A stretch of DNA of 63,384 nt from Gekko japonicus (GCF_001447785.1 NW_015167526.1:1014423-1077806); one strand, 5' to 3'. Positions 22,351-34,306 are shown, counted from the first letter of the stretch. Translations and numbers: made by a program. Notes: generated by a model not told the origin, from the sequence alone.

Positions 22351-23277
22351 CTGAAACAGAAAGCATGCACACTTCTACCAAAGGTAAAATTTGCAGTGGC
22401 CTCATGACCACAGCCTTCGGGACTGGGTGGAAACCATTTCCAAGGCCAGCTTCGCCCCGTTGTAGGTAGGCTGCACACATCTGCTCTGCATACACGATGG
22501 CGGTCTGGGGCCTGGGTTCAAATCCCTCCTTGCACATGAAACGGAATGGGTACCGCAATGGAGAGCATCACTTCAGAATCCAGGTGGTGGTGGTGGTGGT
22601 GGTCAGTTTTGAATATGCCCCTGCATGAAAAGCTCCCTATGGACAGACAGCCAGAACAGCGGGCAGAGCACCAGGCTAGAACCCTGAGATGCTAATTTTC
22701 TAGTGGAAGGACTTGTGTGTGTTTCATACAAAGGGCAGCATCCGCATGCGGTGTCCATCACGTGGCACCCAGCCCCTTCCACTCACTCAGTTTTGCAGCT
22801 CTGCCGATCTTGGAAGTAAAGCAACGTACAGTGCAGACTAATGGGGTAGGAGTCTGGGCTGAACCACTTTGAGCTGAGTGGGAGAGGGATGTGTGGGGAT
22901 AGTTTTTGAAGGATTCCCCCTGGGCTTAAAAACCTGTCTGCATGAAATAAACCAGGCTCATGCAATATTTTCCACCTAATGCTCTCCTTGCAGTGGTATC
23001 TTACTATATACGGGGGAAATTTTAATGTAAAAACTTAAGAATAACCCCCACACCCCTGCAGCAGGGGTGCCCCTCAGCATTACTTCTCCCCCCCCCCTTG
23101 CAGCCAGGAACGCGCTCCCCCTTCCCCTCCTGGCTCCAGAAGAGCCTTGGATGCCACAGTCCCATCCTCACGGTGATGTCAGAAACCAACTCAGTCTCTC
23201 TTTGGCCCCATCTTCCCCCCTCCACACACACACCCCAGTTTCACAGCCGGTCACCAACAGCCCCACCAAGACCACCC

Positions 23278-23352
23278 GCCCACCCTCTGCCTGCCTGCCC
23301 ACCCATACCTGATGCCCACCCTCTGCCTGCCTGCCCACCCATACCTGATGCC
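23278..23352. repeat. Perfect 36-bp tandem duplication spanning the exon 7 donor
   Basis: GCCCACCCTCTGCCTGCCTGCCCACCCATACCTGAT occurs twice. Confidence 0.95.
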
Positions 23353-23439
23353 GACAGTGTTTGCAAACCATGTTGCTGGTCAGCCTCCCGTGGAAAGGAT
23401 GCTGCAGCTTCCAGTGATTTGACACGGAATGAGGTGACT
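23345..23439 (-). CDS. USP30: USP30 exon 7
   Basis: ESPHSVSNHWKLQHPFHGRLTSNMVCKHCRHQ; 95 nt. Confidence 0.96.
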
Positions 23440-24021
23440 CTGCAAAAATGTAACACGGGAGTCCATTTCACTGCTTGGCGCTACATAAGATGATCTGACA
23501 GTGCTACAATGCAACCCTCATGCAGGTTTGACATTCGCAAAACACCTCAGCGAGCCGTGTTCCCGCTAGCTGGACTCGGGAGTGGTAGGAGGAAGTGAAG
23601 GGGGCTGCCTCTTCCATTTTGGCTGGTCAGCCCCTCTCAGGACAGGCAGTGGGAAAGGGCGTCGGGGACTGCAGCCACTGCAGAGAAGGGGGGATTGTCC
23701 ACACCTGTAGCCTCCGGAAGGCATAAACAGAGACAGGATCCCACCTCAGAACCAGGTAACCTTGGGGCCAATCATTTGTTCCCAGCCTTATCTACCTCGC
23801 AGGGTTGCAGTGAGGGTAAAAAGGAGGAGAGAAGGATCAAGTGCAGTCTCCTAAGCTTCTCGAAGGAAGGGTGAGATATATATTTTTTTAAGTGGAAGAG
23901 GAATGGAACCTGCCCACAGCCAAAAGGCATTTCTCAGGAAATGGGTTTTTAGATCAGACAGGCGAATGGCTGACACCGCAGTGACCCTTCGTGTCTTCCC
24001 AAGAAAGCAAACTGTTCTTAC

Positions 24022-24064
24022 CTCTCATTCTGCAACGTATTTGCTTGTGAGGGATTTCTGGCTG
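24022..24064 (-). CDS. USP30: USP30 exon 6 (NAGNAG acceptor; alternative start 24061)
   Basis: QPEIPHKQIRCRMR resembles recalled human QQSEITPKQITCRTR; donor G|GTAAG; phases fit. Confidence 0.88.
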
Positions 24065-24341
24065 CTGCACAGACACACACAAAAAATACATTTTAGAAAT
24101 CATGTTACAGATAAAACTGTTTCCTGTTTGTTTACACGGATAGTTTTAGAGGTTTTAACATTCTCAAAAAACAAACAAAAAACACCCGGGGAAGGAGGGG
24201 AAGCCAGATTTCCAAGCACAGCTTAAATGCCCTGTTCTTAATTTTCTGCAGATAATCTTTGGAACAAGGAACCCTACCCCTGAAATGAAAGAGGATCAAA
24301 AGATCCTGGATAGTAATTGGACACTCTATGCAATGTCTCAA

Positions 24342-24905
24342 AAGAACATAAGAGGACCCCTGCTGTAGCAGACCAGCGGTCCATCTAGCCCAGCATCCTG
24401 TCTCACACAGTGGCCCACCAGTTCCTCTGGATGGCCAACCACAGGGCACAGAGAGGCTGCGGCCTCCCCTGATGTCGCCCCCTGGCTCTGGGATTCAGGG
24501 GATGACTGCCTCTGAATATGGAGGTTCCCTTCAGTCACCATGGCTAGCAGCCATTCATAGACTCATCCTCCATGAATCTAACCAATTCCCTTTGAAAGCT
24601 GTTTATTCCAGTGGCCCTCACTCCATCCTCTGGCATCAAATCCCACATTTTAATCACAGTCAGTATAAAGTAGTATTTCCTTGTGTCCGTCCTGAACCTA
24701 CTGCCCATCAGCTTCATTGGATACCCTCCAGTTCTAGTATCGTGGGATAATGAGAACAATTTCTCTCTGTCAACCCTCTCCACACCACGAATAATTTTAT
24801 GAACCTCTATCATGTCTCCCCCCCCCCCCTTAGTCCTCTCTTTTCTAAACTGAGAAGTCCCAGAGACTCTTCAGCCTTCACTCACAGGGAAGGTGCTCCA
24901 ACCCC
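24342..24905 (-). mobile_element. CR1 3' fragment (different subfamily)
   Basis: MIEVHKIIRGVERVDREKLFSLSHDTRT...; tail at the left end. Confidence 0.88.
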
Positions 24906-25276
24906 TCACCAGCCATCCTCTGTCAGATCATCCGGACAAAAAGACCACTGGAAAACCCCTGATCATTAAGCAGCTAAAACCATGAGGGTCAGTTTAGACA
25001 TAGGGCACAGTCATATGGCAGCCCCCGCTACAGGTGAGTTTAGAGAGTCGCAAGTCTGAATGCTGCCCCTCCATGGGGGGAAAAACCCTTTGCCAGTCAC
25101 AGAAAAAGAACGTCAACAAAAAGACCAGACTAAACCTGCCTTTCTGCTAACTTTTGGGGGGGGGGGGAGCAGGCAAGCCTGCAACATGATGTGATACAGC
25201 TCTGCAAAACTCTGCAGAAACTGGCCCTGAGCAGAATTATGAGGCCCAAAGCTCTGGACTAGCTGCAAGCCTCAAT

Positions 25277-25560
25277 GAGGATGAGGAGGAGGAGGAGGAG
25301 GAGATTGGATTTCTACCCCGCCCTTCACTCGGAGTCTCAGATCAGCTTACAATCTCCTTTCCTTGCCCCTCCCCACAACAGACACCCTGTGAGGTAGGTG
25401 GGGCTGAGAGAGCTCTGAGAGAAACTGCCCTTTCAAGGACAGCTCTTGTCAGAACTACGGCTTGCCCAAGGTCATCCAGCAGCTGCAAGTGGAGGCGTGA
25501 AGAATCAAACCCGGTTCTCCCAGATTAGACTCCGCACACTTAACCACTACACCAGACTGG
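25277..25560 (-). mobile_element. Squam3-like SINE
   Basis: Full-length reverse copy. Confidence 0.88.
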
Positions 25561-25827
25561 TACACCAAATGTGGTATGTTTCAGTCCTTCCAGAAATAGA
25601 ACATTTCTTTGTTGTTCATGAGACCGTATGTATAGGCTAAGATGGGGGGCGTCCATCTGGGCCCATAGAAGGGGTGCTGGGGCTCCAGCAGCTGGCAAAC
25701 TGCAAGCTGATTCCATCTCTCTGACCGGGGCTCTTCACAAGAAAAGGGACATTCCCACCTGCCCCTCTGTAAGACACTTTGGCAAACCATTCAGGGTCCA
25801 CAGAAATAACACACAGTCGCAAGACAG

Positions 25828-26507
25828 TTAGAAATGAAAAATATATATACAGATGTGTGCTAGATGCTCGTAGAACAATACAATAACCAAAGAGACTATC
25901 TTAAAACCATAACATCATTTAGTGACAGGCAATGAAAAAAACCACCACTTATTCCTTCACAGAAAAATTACAATGGTCAATAACATTCACATAGCCGTCT
26001 GCTGCACTCTCAAAGTCTATATCCCTCTAACAGTCTTGTATTTTGCAGAATAGGCATAGTTTGGGTCCATTTGACTTTGGCAGCAGCACTAGCATGTTTT
26101 GAAATAAGTGAGGAGACCTTGCCCAAGTAGATTAACAGAAAAGCAAATCAATGAAAGTGTCAGCTTGAAAGTTACATGGAATGTGAGATTCCTATATAGG
26201 ATTTGTTCCTGAGGAAAGACCAGAGGTCTGAAACACTTAATATCCGGCACAAGAGTTGACTGATTGAATTTGGAGCAGACTGCCTTTGAAAATACAAGAC
26301 TGTTAGAGGGATATAGATTTTGAGAGTCTGGAGCAGACGGCTATGTGTAATGTTATTGACCTTTGTAATTTTTCTGTGAAGGAACAAGTGGTGTTTTTTA
26401 ATTGCCCGACACTAAATGATGTTATGGTTTTAAGATAGTCTCTTTGGTTATTGTATTGTTCTATGGGTATCTAGCACACATCTGTATATATTTTGTTACA
26501 TTTCTGA
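25828..26507. repeat. Long inverted repeat (about 220-bp arms) with a hammerhead-like core in the spacer
   Basis: 25828-26045 is the reverse complement of 26288-26507; CTGAGGA-A-AGACC-AGA-GGTCT-GAAAC at 26209-26234. Confidence 0.9.
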
Positions 26508-26888
26508 CAAACCATTCCGTGTGTGGAAAAGTCCGATCTGGCCGCCCCAGAGCAATTCTCACTGGCTGCAACGTCTTACCATGCCCCATCCTGCCAGGCC
26601 TGTGACACCCCCACACACACACACACACTCATCTGGCAATACCCAACCCACCACAGCTCTAGGCTCACTTGCAGGAGTCATTGGCGGCCAAGCTCCACAG
26701 CACCCACCCTCAGCAGTGCAGGGCGGTCCCAGGGACGTGGGGTGGAAGGTCCGGTCCTCAGTCAGAGGACTGAACCCAACAGCCTCCGGGGACCGGTCCA
26801 GCTCCACGTTCCACTGGGTGTCTGCGCCAGTTCGCCCTCCTCTGGATCCCGGAGCACCCGCCCACCCTGTGGCTGCTCAAACCCTCAC

Positions 26889-26987
26889 CTCCAGTGAGTG
26901 CACGTCGAACAGAGTCGTGACCCGTGGCTGGCGATCTCGCTCATCTTCCAGGGACGAGGTGAAGACATGGAACAGCTCGTGAGCATC
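26889..26987 (-). CDS. USP30: USP30 exon 5
   Basis: DAHELFHVFTSSLEDERDRQPRVTTLFDVHSLE; 99 nt. Confidence 0.97.
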
Positions 26988-27204
26988 CTGCAGAAAGAAG
27001 CGGCCAGTGGGAGTCCGCAAATCTGGAAAAGCAGGCTCCTTGGGACCTGTGGGGTGCGTACGCCGGTGTGCGTGCGTGCGCGCGTGTGTACGTGTGGTGG
27101 CTTACGGGAAGTTTTCAAAATTTGAAGAACTCCGGTATCCTTTTCGTAGATGTTACTAGTCCTTATGACGGGGGTCCCCAATGTGATGCCCATGGGCTGT
27201 CATA

Positions 27205-27426
27205 TGAAACATATGAACATATGAAACCGCCTTTCACTGAATCAGACTCCCCTTGGTCCCTCAAAGTCAGTATTGTCTACTCAGACTGGCAGCCGCTCTC
27301 CAGGGTCTCAGGCAGAGAGAGGACCATTCATCACCTGTTACCTGACCCTTTGAACTGGAGATGCCGGGGATTGAACCTGGGCCCTTCTGCATGCCAAGCA
27401 CAGGCTCTGCCACTGAGCTGCGGCAC
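27205..27426 (-). mobile_element. Second tRNA-derived SINE family (also at 30140, 44706 and 52899)
   Basis: Head GCTCAGTGGCAGAGC...GGTTCAATCCCCGGCATCTCCA followed by a shared body. Confidence 0.8.
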
Positions 27427-27435
27427 CTCCTCACC

Positions 27436-27733
27436 AGAAGAGGAGAAGAAGAAGAAGAGAAGAGATTGGATTTATACCCCGCCCTTCACTTGGAGTCTCA
27501 GAGTGGCTTACAAACTCCTTTCCCTTCCCCTCCCCACAACAGACACCCTGTGAGGTGGGTGGGGCTGAGAGAGAGAGCTCTGACACAAACTGCTCTTTTT
27601 CAAGGACAGCTGTGCCAGAGCTTGTGACTGACCCAAGGTCACATCAGCAGGTGCAAGTGGAGGAGTGGGGAATCAAACCCGGTTCTCCCAGATTAGAGTC
27701 CGCCCACTTAACCACTACACCAAACTGGCTCTC
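27436..27733 (-). mobile_element. Squam3-like SINE
   Basis: Full length with (CTT)n tail. Confidence 0.88.
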
Positions 27734-27883
27734 AAGGATTCCGGTTGATCACAAGCTAAACATGAGCTTGCAGTGCGATGTGACTGCGAAGAAAGCTAAT
27801 GCAATCTCAGGATGCATTGACAGAAGCATTGTGTCCAGATCACGGGAGGAGGTCGTTCCGCTCTATTCTGCTATGGTCAGGCC

Positions 27884-28483
27884 TAGAGATGAGAAGGCCT
27901 GGGAAAAAATCGGGGGGGGGGAGGGGTTTCTTCCCCTGAACCCTTTTTTGTTTTTTTTTCCGAAAAATGGAAAAAAGGGGGGGAAATTGATTATGGAACG
28001 TTTTAACATGATGAATAAAATATTTTAAGACAAGGTGTTCAAATATGTTCCAAAACATTTCTTAAAAATATGTATGGTATCAGATGGATCTAATTTCTGT
28101 GCACTGAGGACAAGCAAGTCCTAGGTTACAAACTGAACTCTCCAATGCAAGAACAAGATGCATTTCTTCCTTTAGGAGGTGCTATTGTCACAAGAAAAGA
28201 AAAAGGTTTCAGTTTTGTTTTTGCATGTGGGTGGGTATTCTGTTTGTAATACTTGTTTGGATACACTATATTTTTAATATGCTAGTTGTGATAATTTCAT
28301 GCCAAGCAAAAATGTCCATAGTCATATTTTATGTTCCTAAAGTAACAGAATGACTTTCAATCTGGAAAAGAAAAAAGAAGTGCTGTAGCATTTTTTTCAA
28401 TTTTTCCGAAAATTTCAGTTTTTTCCAAAAAAAACCCCAGGCTTTTTTCCGAGCTTCAAAATTTCCGGAAATTTACATCTCTA
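27884..28483. mobile_element. hAT-type non-autonomous element nested in an older CR1 (about 27735-28960, +)
   Basis: TIR TAGAGATG/CATCTCTA; TSD GTCAGGCC/GTCAGGCT; CR1 peptide MVRP|HLEYC resumes across it. Confidence 0.85.
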
Positions 28484-29004
28484 GTCAGGCTTCACCTGGA
28501 GTACTGTGTCGGGTTTTGGGCACCACATTTTTGGAAGGAAGTTGACAAGCTCGAGCGTGTCCAGAAGAGGGCAACCAGGATGGTGACAGGGTTGGAATCC
28601 AAGTCTTACGAGGAAAGGCTGAAAGAGTTGGGTATGTTTAGCCTGGGAAAGAGAAGGCTTAGAGGGGACAGGATTGCAGTCTTCAAATATTTGAAGGGCT
28701 GTCATGTAGAAGAGGGAGCAGATCTATTCTCTCTTGCTCTAGATTGCAAGACTAGATCTAATGGGTGGAAATTACAAGGGAGTCACTACTGGCTACATAT
28801 CAGGAGAAACTTCCTAACTGTAAGAGTGGTTGAGCAGTGGAACAGACTGCCTCCTTCGCTGGGTGTTTTCAAGCAGAGGCTGGACAACCATCTTTGGGGT
28901 ATGTTGTAGGGCTATCTTTCAGCTATGCTCCTGCAGAGTGCAGGGGTTGGACTAGATGAGTTGTTTGCTTTTTATATTCTGTATTTTATACTGTCTTAAC
29001 TATG

Positions 29005-30040
29005 GCAGGTCCTTAAAGAGATGGGAGTACCAGACCACCTCACATGTCTCTTGAGAAACCTGTATAAGGGCCAAGAAGCAACAGTTAGAGCCGGATATGG
29101 AACAACTGATTGGTTCAGCATAGGAAAAGGAGTACAACAAGGATGTATATTGTCACCTTGCTTATTTAATATATATGCAGAGTACATCATGCACAATGCT
29201 GGCCTGGATGAATCACAAGCGGGAATTAAGATTGCTGGGGAAAAGATCAACAACCTCAGATATGCAGACGATACCACTCTAATGGCAGAAAGTGAAGAGG
29301 ACCTAAAGAGCCTCTTGCTCAGAGTAAAAGAGGAGAGCGCAAAAGTGGGCTTGAAGCTCAACATCAAAAAAACTAAGATCATGGCATCCGGCCCCATCAC
29401 TCCTTGGCAAATAGAAGGGGAAGCTGTGGAAGTAGTGACAGACTTCACGTTCCTGGGATCCCAGATCACCACAGACTGTGACTGCAGCCATGAAATTAAA
29501 AGACGCCTGCTCCTTGGGAGGAAAGCGATGGCAAACCTAAACAGCATGATAAAAAGTAGAGACATCACCCTGCCAACAAAAGTCCGCATGGTCAAAGCAA
29601 TGGTATTCCCAGTAGTCATGTATGGCTGCGAGAGTTGGACTATAAGGAAGGCCGAGCGCCGAAGAATAGATTCTTTTGAACTATGGTGCTGGAGAAGACT
29701 CTTGAGAGTCCCTTGGACTGCAAGAAGAACAAATCAGTCAATCCTCAAAGAAATCAACCCTGACTGTTCCCTGGAAGGCCAGATAATGAAACTGAAGCTC
29801 AAATACTTTGGCCACCAAATGAGAAGGGAGCACTCACTGGAGAAGACCCTGATGCTGGGAAAGATTGAAGGTCAAAGAAGACGGGGACGGCAAAGGATGA
29901 GATGGTTAGACAGTGCCATCGATGCAACGAACATGAAATTGAGCAAACCTCAGAGGACAGCGGAAGATAGGAGGGCCTGGCGGGAGCTGGTCCATGGGGT
30001 CGCGAAGAGTCGGACTCGACTGTGCGACTGAACAACAACA
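29005..30040 (+). mobile_element. BovB/RTE LINE 3' fragment with an open 336-aa frame
   Basis: GVQQGCILSPCLFN, NLRYADD, ELWCWRRLLRVPWTARR; (CAA)n tail. Confidence 0.95.
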
Positions 30041-30139
30041 TCTGTGTTATCTCGGTTTTAATAATATTGTTGTGAGCCGCTCTGTGGAGGAGGAGAGGTA
30101 TATAAATTGAAATAATAAATAAATAAAATAAGCTGGTGG

Positions 30140-30591
30140 AGGGGCCGTGGCTCAGTGGAAGAGCATCTGCTCAGTGTGCGGAAGGTCCCAGGTTCAATCC
30201 CCAACATCTCCAGTTAAGGATCAGGTAGTAGGTGATATGAAAGACCTCTGCCTGAGAATCTGGAAAGCCGCTGCCAGTCTGAGTCAACAATACTGACTTT
30301 GATGGACCAAGGCAGCTTCATGTGTGTGCTAAGAGACTTGAATCTAGCTCGTAGTAAGGAAAAAGAAGAAGAGAAGAGATTGGGTTTATACCCCGCCCTT
30401 CACTACCCAAAGGAGTCTCAGAGCGGCTTACAAACTCCTTTCCCTTCCCCACAACAGACACCCTGTGAGGTAGGCAGGGCTGAGAGAGCGCTGACAGAAA
30501 CTGCTCTTATTCAAGGACAGCTCTTATAAGAACTACGGCTTGCCCAAGGTCATCCAGCCAGGTGCAAGTGGAGGAGTGGGGAATCAAACCC
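30140..30591. mobile_element. tRNA SINE (30140-30325 +) and Squam3-like SINE (30362-30591 -)
   Basis: Match the other copies in the window. Confidence 0.8.
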
Positions 30592-30782
30592 AGTGTTTGT
30601 CATGGGAAGTGAATAAGATCCCATTGTAAGGAATAAAATAAAATAAGCCTTCAGAGTTTTAAGGAAGTGAAGAAGCTGGTATTTTTGGGCGTCTGCGTCT
30701 CCCACGACAGCTTGTGTCTGACAAGTGCCACGGGCCGTGCACAGAAAAACTGAGCAGCGATGTCTCCTCATTCAGTACCTAC

Positions 30783-30886
30783 CTGTTCTTCAAAAGAGGA
30801 GATCTGCCACCGGTACGTCCTCAGGACCTCCAGCAAGCAGCTTGCATCCAGGATGTCCTCGTCGGTGGTCTCTTGACAGGATAACG
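30783..30886 (-). CDS. USP30: USP30 exon 4
   Basis: ALSCQETTDEDILDASCLLEVLRTYRWQISSFEEQ; 104 nt. Confidence 0.96.
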
Positions 30887-31195
30887 CTGAAAGCATCCAA
30901 CACGAAACATCAGGGGAGTGTTCCCTCCCCAATCGTGAACGGCTCCTCAGGTCCGATGGCCCTCAGGTCACTCCGGTGCCACGGGGTCGATCCCAGAACA
31001 CGGGACACCTTTGGCGCTACAGATACTGGGTGGGCTTATTTATTTACATCATTTATACGCCAACTCTCTCACTTGGGTACTCAAGGCGGATTACACAGAG
31101 TAAGTCAATACAATGACGACAAATGTAGGCAGGTCAGCTCCCTGCAAAGACCGAGGCTTACCAGCACGTATCATGAATTTCAATATTTGATCAGT

Positions 31196-32815
31196 CATAA
31201 GAACATAAGAGAAGCCAATGTTGGATCAGGCCAGTGGCCCACCCAGTCCAACACTCTGTCACACAGTGGCCAAAAATACCCGGTGCCATCAGGAGGTCCA
31301 TCAGTGGGGCCAGGACACTAGAAGCCCTCCCACTGTTGCCCCCCCCAAGCACCAAGAATATGGAGCATCACTTGCCCCAGCCTGAGAGTTCCTATCTATA
31401 CCTTGTGGCTAATAGCCACTGATGGACCTCTGCTCCATATGTTTATTCCCTTTTGAAGCCGTCCATGCTTGTAGCCACCACCACCTCCTGTGGCAGTGAG
31501 TTCTATGTGTTCATCACTCTTTGGGTGAAGAAGTACTTCCTTTTATCTGTTCTAACCTGACTGCTCAGCTGTTTCATGAGTTCTTGTATTGTGAGAAAGG
31601 GAGAAAAGTATTTCTTTCTCAACCTGCTCTATCCCATGCATAATCTTGTAAACCTTAATCATATTATCACCCCTCAGTCGTTGTTTCTCCAAGCTAAAGA
31701 GCCCCAAGCAGTGTAACCTTTCTTCATAGGGAAAGTGTTCCAACCCTTTTATCATTCTAGTTGCCCTTTTCTACACTTTTTCCAATGCTATAATATCCTT
31801 TCTGAGGTGTGGTGACCAGAACTGTACACAGTAATCCAAATGAGGTCGCACCATTGATTTATACAGGGGCATTATGATACTGGCTGATTTGTTTTTCAGT
31901 GAGTTATCTACTACAACTCCAAGATCTCTCTCTTGGTTAGTCTCTGCCTATTTAGACCCCATCAACGTTTATTTGTGTCCCGCTCCAGAGGTCACGGGAC
32001 GTGCAGAACGGGCCCCGGGGACCCTGACAGACCCCGAAAGACACCCTAGGCATGACTCACCAGATGGGGCGAAGTTTGACGGTCCAGGGAGGGATTCGGG
32101 AGCGGGGACCCCTCCCGCGGCGAGCTATGTCAGCTGAGCCAGGAGACAGGACTGGGGTCCACAGAGCAACCCCACAGAAGAGGAGGGGGTGAAGGCTGCT
32201 TGTCCAACAGGCCAGAAGCAGACACGGAGCAGCGAGTACCGCCGTAGATTGGCGGCGGCAGCGCGGCCTAGGGGCTGCCAGAGCCGCCGCCTGCGTATCA
32301 GCAATCGCCTGGGAGATGCCCCGCTGGTGTCCAGGTAGATAAAGGAGGGCGTGGCCCAAGCCGGAGGGCAGATGGGTGGTCCTGGGAGCGGGGCGGGGAG
32401 ATAAAAGGCAGGGTGGAGAAGGGGCCGGGGAGGAGGAGTGCGCTGTGGAATGCACGGGGACGTTGACCAGAGAGAGACAGAAAGACAGCAGAGAGAGGGG
32501 AAGGAAGTCCACAGCACACTGGCAGAGGGACTCCAAGGGTGACATTAACCCTGTCTCCTGCCTATCTGAGGCCCCTCACTCCCTCTCCCTTTTTGGACCC
32601 CGCCGCTCCAAGGGCCATCTCCCCTGCCCGAGTCTGTTCGAGACCTCGACGCCACGGCCACTGGGGGCGCCGCACCAAGGTCCAAGGGAGAGCCCGACAA
32701 TTTATAGTAAGGATTTTTTGCTCCAATGTGCATCACTTTGCACTTGGCCACACTGAACCCCATTTGCCACGTTGACGCCCACTCGCCCATCCTCGACAGA
32801 TCCATTTGGAGTGCC
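31196..32815 (-). mobile_element. CR1 fragment interrupted by a solo LTR
   Basis: Reverse complement of about 5180-6156 with deletions; collinear across the insert. Confidence 0.9.
31976..32699. mobile_element. Solo LTR (724 bp, CpG-rich, Gypsy/ERV-like)
   Basis: Ends TGTCCCGCTC...GAGCCCGACA (TG...CA, imperfect inverted repeat); flanks ATTTG/ATTTA; cleanly splits the CR1. Confidence 0.75.
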
Positions 32816-32865
32816 TGTGGTTGATATTTTAATGTTATGTTCTGTCAGAAGGTTAAAGAAGGTTA

Positions 32866-33487
32866 AACCTTTCCCTATGAGGAAAGGTTAAAGCACTTAG
32901 GGCTCTTTAGCTTGGAGAAACGACGACTGAGGGGTGACATGATTGAGGTTTATAAGATTATGCATGGGAAAGAGCAGGTAGAGAAAGAGGTACTTTTCTC
33001 CTTTTCTCACAATACAAGAACTCGTGGGCACTCCATGAAATTGCTGAGTGATCGGGTTAGAACAGATAAAAAGAAGTACTTCTTCACCCAAAGAGTGATA
33101 AACACTTGGAATTCACTCACACAGGAAGTGGTGGTGGCTACAAGCATGGACGGCTTCAAAAGGGAATTAGATAAGCATATGGAGCAGAGGTCCATCAGTG
33201 GCTATTAGTCACAAGGTACAGATTTTATTTATTTATTTATTTAGGCATTTTTACCCCGCCCTCCCCACGAGTGGGCTCAGGGTGGCTTACAGGGGCACTG
33301 GGGAAAGTGATGCTCTGTCTTCTTGGTGCTTTGGAGGGGGCAACAGTGGGAGGGCTTCTAGTGTCCTGGCCCCACTGGCGGACCTCCTGAGGGCCCCTGG
33401 TATTTCTGGCCACTGTGTGACACAGAGTGTTGGACTGGATGGGCCACTGACCTGATCCAACATGGCTTCTCTAATGTTCTTATGTTC
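32866..33487 (+). mobile_element. CR1 3' fragment with a short L2/SINE-type tail inserted near 33222-33290
   Basis: EKRRLRGDMIEVYK...QRSISGY, 3'UTR and tail. Confidence 0.9.
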
Positions 33488-33672
33488 ACTATGGTGCTCT
33501 TTGAGGTCTCTTGACGTACAAGGGTTACTGCAAAAGCCTTCCGAGGCCAAGAACAGCAAAGGGCATTATAGTATTATCCCTCGAAAATATTCTTCCCCAC
33601 GGAACACCTCAAGTGACGTGTCTTATGCTTCATGCCACCCGACCCCTGCAGTTATTACTAAAGGAATGTTAC

Positions 33673-33855
33673 CTTTCAGGAGCCGGAGTAATGTCAGGGA
33701 CAAACTCTCGTTCCCGGAGGACGCAGGCTGGTTGGCCTCCGTCTGAAGTGTGAACTCTTCCAGCCAGTTGATCAAAGACGGACATGCAGACAAGCTTTGG
33801 AGCAAAGAGTTCATGAAGCATGTGTTGCCCAGGTTAAGCAAGCCCGGGGCTAGCC
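33673..33855 (-). CDS. USP30: USP30 exon 3 (Cys box)
   Basis: GLAPGLLNLGNTCFMNSLLQSLSACP...; 183 nt. Confidence 0.97.
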
Positions 33856-34196
33856 CTACGGGAAAGATACCAAGCACAATTCAGCATGGCTGTCTCCATG
33901 GACTGGGGGGGGGGGGGGGGGAGGCAGAAAGCAGGCTCCAGCAGGCCTGGATGCCACACCGGGAGAGTCTCCTCCCCACAGAATACCAGCACCGAATTGT
34001 AATGTCACTTCTTTATTCCTGGCTTTTTCTTCCCAGTTCTGAATAAGACAGTGGAACAAAAATACTACCAGCGTCCAAGAAACACTGACTTGGGGAGGAT
34101 GGGGCAGTTGCCAGATGAGGCCCCTGCCTCCACCCCCTCTGTCTGGGGTCAGGAGGCACAGTGCCCAAACCATACCCCGCCCCCCAGCTCTCTCAC

Positions 34197-34306
34197 CTTT
34201 TCTGCGCTTTTTCCTCTCCGTGATGGGACCCCACAAGACATAAATGCTCGCAGCGAGAGCGGCTGCAATCCCACCGATCACACCCCAGTTCTTCATTACT
34301 TTGGAT
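34197..34306 (-). CDS. USP30: USP30 exon 2 (membrane anchor)
   Basis: SKVMKNWGVIGGIAAALAASIYVLWGPITERKKRRK; 110 nt. Confidence 0.97.

Noticed and set aside
24230-24295. Acceptor-like TTTCATTTCAG upstream of USP30 exon 6
   Set aside because: No homology or matching donor; the gene model is complete without it.
28996-29619. Antisense ORFs over BovB (also 58213-58875) and CR1
   Set aside because: Shadow frames of the retroelement coding sequence.
30140-30213. tRNA-like sequences (also at 52899, 27355 and 57198)
   Set aside because: SINE heads attached to shared bodies, with mismatched stems; not called as tRNA genes.
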